The translations under genes and the position numbers were made by a program. The notes under the pieces were generated by a model. That model ran no database searches and had not been told where the DNA came from. It was given only the letters and a program-made list of their open reading frames with translations. A DNA stretch of 57,217 bases from Ministeria vibrans ATCC 50519. Taxonomy: Eukaryota > Protista > Filasterea. The stretch's first letter is position 1, and each line of letters opens with the position of its first letter. Location of the stretch: NCBI GenBank assembly GCA_943704425.1, contig CALSCP010000656.1, forward strand, positions 1-57,217. The letters run 5' to 3'. This document shows positions 46,329 to 57,217 of this stretch, piece by piece.

Positions 46329-47774
46329 ATGAAGCCTGCCATAACTGGACGCACTGCGACGCTAGCAGCCATGTCCTTTTCCTTGATTCCCGGCAACAAC
46401 GGATCAATTGTTGGCGTTGCCGATGTGGTCGAGGTGGACGACGCGACGGTCACCACTCTGGAGCGACTTGAACACGCCGCACAGGCACTCCTGGCGCACC
46501 ATCCCTTGCTGCGCACTCACTTTGTGCAGCAGACAGAATACACGTATGATTTGGTCGACGCGAATCGGGAGGCGGCGGCCTATGTGGAGCGGAGGGAGGT
46601 CGCGAGCGATGAGGCGCGCGCCGCGGCGCGTGACGTGGCCCCTTTGAGATGCTGCGACGCCGTCCCAGCGACATTCCCTTCCACATGCTGCTCCTTGTGT
46701 GCCCCTCCACCTCGAGTGCATCCTTGGTCATCTTCATGCACCATTCAATCGGGGATCTCCAGTCCATGGCAACGGCCCTCACCGACGCACTAGCCGAGCT
46801 CGACGACCCGGGCTCGACTAAAGGCGCCGCTGCTCGACGGCGTCGCTGCTGATGCTGATGCTGATGCTGCCGAGGTTGCCTCGATTGACCTCCCTCCATC
46901 TATCATCAGGGCGGTGCCCAAACACTGCGTGAGTTGGTGGAGTGTCATCAAATCGATTCCGTCGATGGGCCGCCTCTCGTCGCTTCCCAAGTTGGCTGCA
47001 AAGGAGGATCTACAGTTTCGCACTGCCGCATCACCCGATCCGGGCAACGTGGAAGACGCTATTCCCGGTCGCGTCGAGCACAAAATGCCTGTGGACACCC
47101 TCCTGGCAGCGGCGCGCGCCCACAAGACGACGGTGCAAGGCGCTCTGCAAGCGGCCCTGTGCTATGCCATTGTGGCCATGCGCATCCAGCAAGGACGCAT
47201 GCCCCATCCCAAGAGCCGCCTTTCCATGGCATCCACCGGTACTGTCGACCTGCGCCGACACCTCGCTGAGCCCCTCGACCCACGCACCGTCTCCAACTAC
47301 AGCTCTGGCGCATCTATCCTCGCCACGGTCAACGCAGCGGAGCTCTCGGCCGACTCGCCCTTTCCGCCCAAGGAGATCTTTTGGGCGCTCGCAACACAAC
47401 TTTCGCGCGACTTGCGTGCGGTCGCGACAAACGGGTCGATTTATGCTCTGATCAAGCTGCTTGATTTCATGGGCGCCAGGCGGGTAAAGAAGGCCTTTGC
47501 CGCACTGACAGAGGGATCGGGTATGACAAGTGTGGCGAATGTCGGGCGCATTGCTCTGCGTGGACCTCTGAAGCATATGCGGCTAAGTGCCGGTTTGACC
47601 ATCGAGCATGTGATGGTTGCGATTCGGGACGGAGTGGCAATGCACTGCAATTCGTGCGAGGGTATCCTAACGATGGTCATCAATTTCTCATTGCCCTCGA
47701 TGGACGCAACTGAGATGGAGCGCCTCCTCGAATTGGTGGTGGCTAATCTTACGCGTGCCAGCGTTGAGGTGTAG
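46329..47774 (+). pseudogene. Condensation-domain / PapA5-like acyltransferase with two frameshifts
   Basis: HHPLLRT, HHSIGD (HHxxxD), LLAAARAHKTTVQGAL, VDLRRHL, FWALA, VANVGR spread across three ORF pieces. Confidence 0.7.
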
Positions 47775-48018
47775 AACATAATAATAATATGATTATAATA
47801 AATTGTATGAAATTTTAGCCTTATTATTGATATTCAAAGCCTCACTCTCTCAGTCTCTCTGTAAGTGAGTGCTTAGTATTCCGACTTCCGACTTCCGAGG
47901 GCGTACTAACCAGGAGATGAGTGGAGATCAGAGAACAGAGATGGGAAGATGGGACAAATCGATTTTGGTTGAGATCGAACAGCGACAGACTGAATGACTG
48001 ATCATAATTGTTTTCACC

Positions 48019-50854
<2,836 letters not shown>

Positions 50855-51009
50855 ACTCTCTGACTGTCTGACATCAAAAATTATTCTGAACCATCAATAA
50901 TAATAAATAAATTTAATATTTTGTCTTAACTCTCTGACATCAATAGTTATCAACAATAATAATAGTAATAATTTTTATATATTACATTGGTATTTATTAA
51001 TATTTCTAC

Positions 51010-52083
51010 TTAAAAGTGTGTTCTGGGAGTGAGCGCAGTCACACAGGTGTTCTGGAAGGGCCGTTGGTGGCACGAGCAGTGACAGCCATCGTTGCAGTGT
51101 TCTTCGGTGACATTAGGCAGGGAGTGAGAGCGAGTGAGGCGCACTCGTTTGGTCGGTTGTTGCTCGGCAGGCGGAGGAGGAGTAACACGCATTGATGATT
51201 CTTCTTCTGTGTTGTCTTCGTCTTGTGCCTCCATTGGCGCTTCTTCTGTGTTGTCTTCGTCGTGTGCCTCCATTGGCTCTTCGTCGGATTCCTCCGCACT
51301 CATCTCCACGTCACTTTCTTCCTCCGCTTCTTCTGCACTCATCTCCATTGCCTCCGGTTGCTCTTGCTCCTTTTGCTTCTCCTCGTGCTTCACGTCGCTG
51401 CTGAGAATGCCATTGATGGTGGCGGCGAGAGCCTTGCGTGCGGCGCGCACGTCCGCATCGCCGTGCGTGGGCACTCCGTCCATCTTGAGCAGCTGTTGCG
51501 TCAAAAGCTCGTCCAGTGCCACATCCGAGAGGGTCCGATCGCGCACCAGTTCCCACACGCGCGACTCAATCTGAGCAAGTTGCTTCAGCGACGCTCGGTG
51601 ACGTTGCGATCGCTTCAGAGCGCACGCGCGTGCCATGGCGCGCTGAATGACCCGCGCTGCTCGCTCCTGTCGAGCCGCACGACGCGGTGCCATGGCGGCA
51701 CGGAACCACCGCTGAATGGTCGTGGCGGCGCGTGTCACTGTGCGCATGTAGATCCGGTCGAGACCCACTTTGCGTGCCTGCTGCTGTCGGGCCTGCTTCA
51801 CGCGTTGCTGGCGCTGCTGCTGAGCCTCCTGCTGCGCCTCGTAGTAGCTGCGGCGTCGCTCGGCCTCCTCGGCCTCTTGCATCGCGCGCATCTGCGCATA
51901 GCGGTGCTGCTGCTGTTGCTGTTGGCGCCGGTAGGCGGTCTCCTGCGCGGCGCGTCGGCGGCGCATTTCTTCTTCCATCATTGCGTCGCGACGTTGCGGC
52001 GCAAAGGGATCGACATAGTATCCGCTGCGTTGCGGCTGGCGCGCACGGCGCATCGTCTCAAATGGGTAGTCGTTCCACAGCAT
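51010..52083 (-). CDS. IQ-motif + BAG-domain Hsp70 co-chaperone, intronless
   Basis: AATTIQRWFR and AARVIQRAM IQ motifs; ELLTQQLLKMDGV..DVRAARKAL BAG helix; acidic tail. Confidence 0.85.
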   Translation of the reverse strand: MLWNDYPFETMRRARQPQRSGYYVDPFAPQRRDAMMEEEMRRRRAAQETAYRRQQQQQQHRYAQMRAMQEAEEAERRRSYYEAQQEAQQQRQQRVKQARQQQARKVGLDRIYMRTVTRAATTIQRWFRAAMAPRRAARQERAARVIQRAMARACALKRSQRHRASLKQLAQIESRVWELVRDRTLSDVALDELLTQQLLKMDGVPTHGDADVRAARKALAATINGILSSDVKHEEKQKEQEQPEAMEMSAEEAEEESDVEMSAEESDEEPMEAHDEDNTEEAPMEAQDEDNTEEESSMRVTPPPPAEQQPTKRVRLTRSHSLPNVTEEHCNDGCHCSCHQRPFQNTCVTALTPRTHF

Positions 52084-52171
52084 TGTGTTGTGTAGATTTC
52101 GGTGTGTGTGTAACGGTGGTTTGTAGTCAAAGAGTGAGAAAAAAGTGAATGCTTGGAAACAAAAATCGCGG

Positions 52172-52375
52172 CTTTTATACTGAGGGTCGAGCATTTTCTC
52201 GCCAAGTCGGGAAAATTCTCGCACTGTCTGGAAAACAATTCCAAAACAGCCCCTCTGCCTTCTCTTTGCCCACCATCACACCGATGCACACTACGAAATA
52301 TCTCTACAATGCCTTTTATCGTCATGGAATGTCGCAGAATCGTCTGGAGACGACCCGACGATTCTCGTCCTTTCG
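52172..52375. promoter_or_regulatory. Bidirectional promoter with TATA box and degenerate heat-shock elements
   Basis: TATAAAAG on the - strand (52172-52179); in-phase nGAAn/nTTCn arrays at 52186-52233 and 52327-52374. Confidence 0.6.
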
Positions 52376-52598
52376 GCCACGTCACCAAAACCCAAACCCT
52401 GATTCATCGCTCGAGCTACACTCATCTAATCAGCCAGTCACCTTTGGAAATACACCCTTCGACATGACATGCGCACCGTAGTCGCTTTTTCTGCCAAATG
52501 AGAGATTACTTGAATGAACTTGCCAAAATAAGTCGAAAGTCGAAAGTTAATAACGTTCACTTTTTTTTCCCCCTTTCTTACCCGACCTTTACTCTTTT

Positions 52599-54010
52599 AT
52601 GCCAACGATGACGCAAAATAACGAATGCTACTACAAAGTGCTTGGTGTCGACCGAAAGGCATCGCCGGGCGACCTCAAAAAGGCGTACTACAAACTGGCG
52701 AAAAAATGGCATCCCGACAAACACAGTGGATCGCAGCGTGCCGCGGCCGAAGCAAAGTAAGGTGACGCGTTGAGCACACGAACCTTTCTCACTATTGGTG
52801 GTCATGTACTGCGAGTGGCTCACCGACACGGCCGAACGTCTTATGAAGGACGACGGACTGCCCGTCACTATTGGTGGTTTTTTTTTTCTTTTTTTTTTTT
52901 TCTGTTTTTTTTTGTGTTTGGTGTAGATTCAAGACAATCTCGGCTGCGTATGAGACGCTGAGCGATCCTGAGAAGCGCAAAATGTACGACCTTGGCGGGA
53001 CAGGTGCACCGCCACCCCCTCCGCAATCAGGCGCCGGCGGGTTTTCTGGATTCTCGCGTGGAGGAGGTGGAGGTAGCAGTGGGACGTCGACCCGCGGCTC
53101 AGGCTGGACGTCGTCCGCTTCGTCGTCCTCGGCCGGCGCCAATCCATTTAGCTCCTTCAGCACCAGCAGCACGACTGGCATGCCTGGCGGCTTTTCATTT
53201 ACCAACACGCAACACGGCGGCGGCGGCATGCCCAGTGGCTTCACTGGCGGCTTCAGCGACCCCCGCGACTTCTTCACTCACGTATTCGGCATGGGCACAC
53301 CGAGCGATGACGACGACGACGACGGCGACGGGTTTCCCACCTCCTCCACCTTTGCATCCTCCATGCCGCAGTATCAACAACACCAACGACAGTCTCAACG
53401 CCAACAGCAGCAACATCAACCAAGGTTTAGCGCGGGCGCCTTTGGCTCACAACCCCCCGAACAGTCGCAACAGCATACACGCGTCGAGACGAAACTGTCG
53501 CTGTCCCTGGACGAGCTCATGCGTGGCGTCACCAAGAAGATGAAGTTGACCAAGCGGGTGCAGGACACGCAGACGCGCGTTGTCACGACGCAGGCGGATG
53601 TGCTCGAGGTGACGTTGCGCGCAGGCACCAAGGGCGGCACCAAAGTGACGTTTGCGGGTGCTGGAGACTCGCTGGTGGGCCAAGCACCGCAGGACATTGT
53701 GTTTGTGGTGGAGGAGCAGAAGCACGCAGTGTGGACGCGCGACGGTGAGTCGCTCAAGTGTCGTCTGGACATTCCACTCAAAGAGGCGCTCTTGGGTGTC
53801 GACCGTCGCATTGCTGCGCTCGCAGGACACCCTCCCGTGCACGTCAGCATCCACGACCATGTGGTCGCCGAGGGCGAGCAGGTGCGTGTCAAGGGTGCCG
53901 GCTGGCTTCGTAAGGACGGATCTCGTGGCGATGCTCTCATATCCCTCCACATTGTCATGCCCAAGAAACTCACCAACGAGCAGAAGTCGCAGATTGAGAG
54001 AATACTCTGA
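52599..54010 (+). CDS. Class II (DNAJB/Sis1-type) Hsp40, two exons
   Basis: [22 protein letters not shown]|[21 protein letters not shown]; G/F-rich linker; C-terminal domain with DIVFVVEE and LKEALLG. Confidence 0.93.
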
Positions 54011-54306
54011 AAAATCAGTATTTTTAATTGATCATTAATTATTTTCATTATTATTATTTATTTGTACTTCTTCCAATGAAAAATAATTGTATTAATTATA
54101 ATAACAATAAAAAATAAAATTTAATAATATTATTTTTTATTATTAGAAAATAAATAGATAATCAAGAGCTGTACTCAATGTCAAAACAAGACTAAAATAT
54201 AAGAGTGACTCCCATTAATAAATAATATTATTGGGGTAAACTTTTGAGGAAAACACAACCAAATAATATAAGAAAATTGATCATAAATTATTCATAATTT
54301 TTTTGG

Positions 54307-56711
54307 ATGCCCTGTTGTACCTTCCCCTTGATCCTACTGATACTTCTTGCCGGCACACACGCCCAAGAGCCATGTACGTTTGTCGTGGACGGCGTCACGC
54401 TGACTCTCCCGCAAGCATTGGATCAAGCCGCCGCCTGCTCGACCCCTGCCACTCTCCAGCTTGCACTCGTGGCACATCGTGTCACTGAAACTCTATTGTT
54501 GGGTCCCCAGCACCGGGGGCTCACCATGGAGCCCGTACCAAACGCCAACGCCAACCGCCGCAGAATACACAACAACAATGACATCCCATCCGTCAGCGGA
54601 GGCATCCCTCTCAGCGGCACCTGGTCGGACATGCCCGACTCAAAGGGACGATGGTCCTTGCACGTCAGTCCGCCGGTCAAGGTAACCTACTGTGTGTGTC
54701 TCACGAGACGCGACGGCAACTTTGTTTATTTTTGTAGTCCTTTCTACAACTTTTCGCGGACGACCGCCGCGCCCAGCGTGCGCGAGATCCCAACCCAGGC
54801 TACTATTATCTCATGGACCACACTCTCCCGCCATCGGCACCATCGGACTCGATGGGATTCGTCTATTCCGCAAGCGACCTTGACGCGCTGGCTGTGTTGC
54901 CTGCTTCCGCACGAGACGTCGCCGAGCTTGTCATATACTCCTCGTGGATGACAGCTCGTCGTCAAGTGCGCAATGTGGACAACACCACCCGCCAGGTGCT
55001 CATCAATGCCGCGGCGCGCATCGAAGTTCAACCGTTGGCCAACAGCGGATCGCGTTACTACGTCGAGAACACACTATATGCATGTGACGCGCCCAACGAA
55101 TGGTTCTTCGATGCGTCCACTCAGACGTTGTACTACGTGCCACCAACCAGCGAGCACGATCCACGTCAAATGGAGTTCATTGTGCCGCAACTCAACGACA
55201 CGCTTGTGCGTCTGGAGAACACAAGCGACATTCGTGTGCGCGGCATCTCCTTCGAACACACCGACTGGCCCATCACACCAACACTCACACAATCAGGCAC
55301 TGTCCAAGCTGCCTCCTTTCTGCCCATCGCCACCGTCCATCTTGTCCACGCACAATCCTGTCTCTTCGATGCAATCCGTGTCGAGCAGGTTGGCTCATAC
55401 GGTGTGTGGATCGACACAGGCTCCCATCACAATGTTCTCTCCGGGGCCTTTGTGGGAGATGTGGGCGCAGGAGCAGTGCGCATTGGCCGCGGAAAGCCAC
55501 TGACACCCGACTCACCGGCGAGCGAACGACCGTTCAACAATACAGTGGTGGACAGCACACTCGTGCTGGGCTCGCTCGTGTTTGCCGAAGGGAACGGTGT
55601 GCTCCTCCAGCAGGCGCGGAGCACTCGCATTGTACGCTGTCAGGTGGCCTTCTTTGACCATTGCGCTGTCTCCGTCGGTTGGACCTGGGACTATGAAGCG
55701 TCGCAGGCCAGCAACAATCTCATTCGCGATTGCGACATCCACAACATTGGGAATGCTGAGCTGTCAGACTTTGGCGGAATTTGTACAAACAAACAAACAA
55801 ACAAACAAACAAACACAAATATAATATTTTTAACACTTTCCACCAATGTCTTGTAGACCTTCTTGGAATCAGCCCAAATACAACCGTCTCGCACAACCGC
55901 GTAGCTCATGCCCTACCATTCTATCACTACGGACACGGCATCTATCTTGACCAGGCGTCCCAAGGCATCACTGTACGCGACAATTTGGTACACGACTCGT
56001 TTGCCTCCGCGTTTTACCAGCACTTTGGAAGGGCTAATTTTGTTTCAAACAACATTTTTGCTATGCCGTCGGGCGGTCTGGGGACACTGTGGCAAGCGAA
56101 CATGCAATATGCGCAGTTTGGGCCGTCCGACGTGTCCTTTTCGCATAATATAGTGTATCAGTCGCGCTCGTCCGATCCCGTGTTCTCTTCTCCCTTCAAT
56201 GGCACTTGGAAGAGCGATTGGAACCTGTACTGTTCGCAAAGTGAGTCGTTGTCCGCTGAAGAATGCTCTGTGTCGCATTCCTTTCCCTCTGACCCCGACG
56301 GAGCACAGGACAATTCGTGTGCGCTGTCTCTGTCACAATGGCAATCAAAATACGAACAGGACACTCATTCGCTCACTGTCGATCCACTCTTTGCCAATGT
56401 GACTCAGCGCAATTTCACACTCGCCACAGACTCACCGGCCGTCAGCAAACTGGGCTTTGTCCCTTTCGATCAGTCGCACTACGGTCCGTCCGCTGCGCTG
56501 CAGTTCCAATGGCGCGCAGACTGTGTGTGTCGCGCACTCCACTCGTTTCCCACCGGAACTTATGGCGGAACGGACAGTCGCTCTGACGCCAGAATCATTG
56601 CTCTGTGCTCTCCCGGCACTGTGCTCGTGCGGGGCCCGCGTGTGCGTCGCTGTGTGTGCAATGACACTGTTGCCCAGTGGGTTCCCTCTGAATTGCCCGT
56701 TTGTGACTGTA

Positions 56712-56767
<56 letters not shown>

Positions 56768-57157
56768 AGAAGAAGAAGAAGAAGAAGAAAAAGAAGCACG
56801 AAGTGATAGAGAGTGATAGGGAGAGAGATAGTGAGTGACATTTTTATTGATTGTTCTCTTCTTGTAGTTATGCGATTGTATTCTGAGGACTATATGGCTC
56901 GAGGAGAGTCGTTGATTGGCGAAAAGGCTCTTTTTTCCGCTCAAATGCAGACAGACGGAAATTTCTGCATTTACAAAGGTAAATAGAAGGAAGCACACAA
57001 TAAAATATACAAACACAATAAAATACAAATATAATAATAATAATAATAACTATTATTATTATTTTTTGTAGAGGGTAGCTCTGCGCCAAGTATATGGTGT
57101 ACTATGACTACGAGCAAAGATGAAACTGCTCGCGCGACATTAAGTGACACAGGACAG
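54307..57157 (+). CDS. Secreted right-handed beta-helix (GH141-like) protein with a sushi-like module and a bulb-type lectin domain; 3' partial
   Basis: Signal peptide; RYYVEN..DAPNEWFFD, VSVGWTW, LSDFGGI, GIYLDQAS, VDPLFAN; C..G..L.G...R.C....W..P.C; QMQTDGNFCIY..SIWCT. Confidence 0.8.
56713..56790. repeat. (GA)n + (GAA)n microsatellite in an intron
   Basis: Seen directly. Confidence 0.9.
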
Positions 57158-57217
57158 TAAGACTAAAAAATAACATAATTATTTTATTAAGGCGGTCTGG
57201 CTGTGTCTTCGCGTGGT

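Overview
Compact, intron-rich eukaryotic genomic DNA with GC-rich exons, AT-rich introns, microsatellites and two N gaps. Gene content (GLMP, cyclin E, LRSAM1-like, CMPK2, THTPA) suggests a unicellular relative of animals, which is an inference. All identities come from recalled motifs, not searches. Housekeeping genes include AP3D1, ACAD10/11-like, GLMP, a JmjC oxygenase, cyclin E, TBC1D20, an HDAC, CDK5RAP3, an IQ-BAG protein and a class II DnaJ. The highlight is a ~13 kb candidate innate-immunity island (31159-43918). It holds viperin head-to-head with a CMPK2-like kinase (the vertebrate RSAD2/CMPK2 layout), a THTPA-like CYTH triphosphatase, a bacterial-type TfoX_N gene, a SAM/RING-less LRSAM1 homolog, a deleted hAT transposon, and an NLR-like NACHT-ankyrin gene with near-identical 120-bp repeats varying at a few codons. 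Other notable items: a 3.4-kb intronless gene with six Tudor-like modules and a probable papain-like C-terminus, a 60-aa PDCD4-motif microprotein, a candidate structured ncRNA, and a BAG/DnaJ bidirectional heat-shock promoter. Several genes (ACAD, eRF1, NDUFA12, TBC1D20) break at long poly-T/A tracts, which points to misassembly or real rearrangement.
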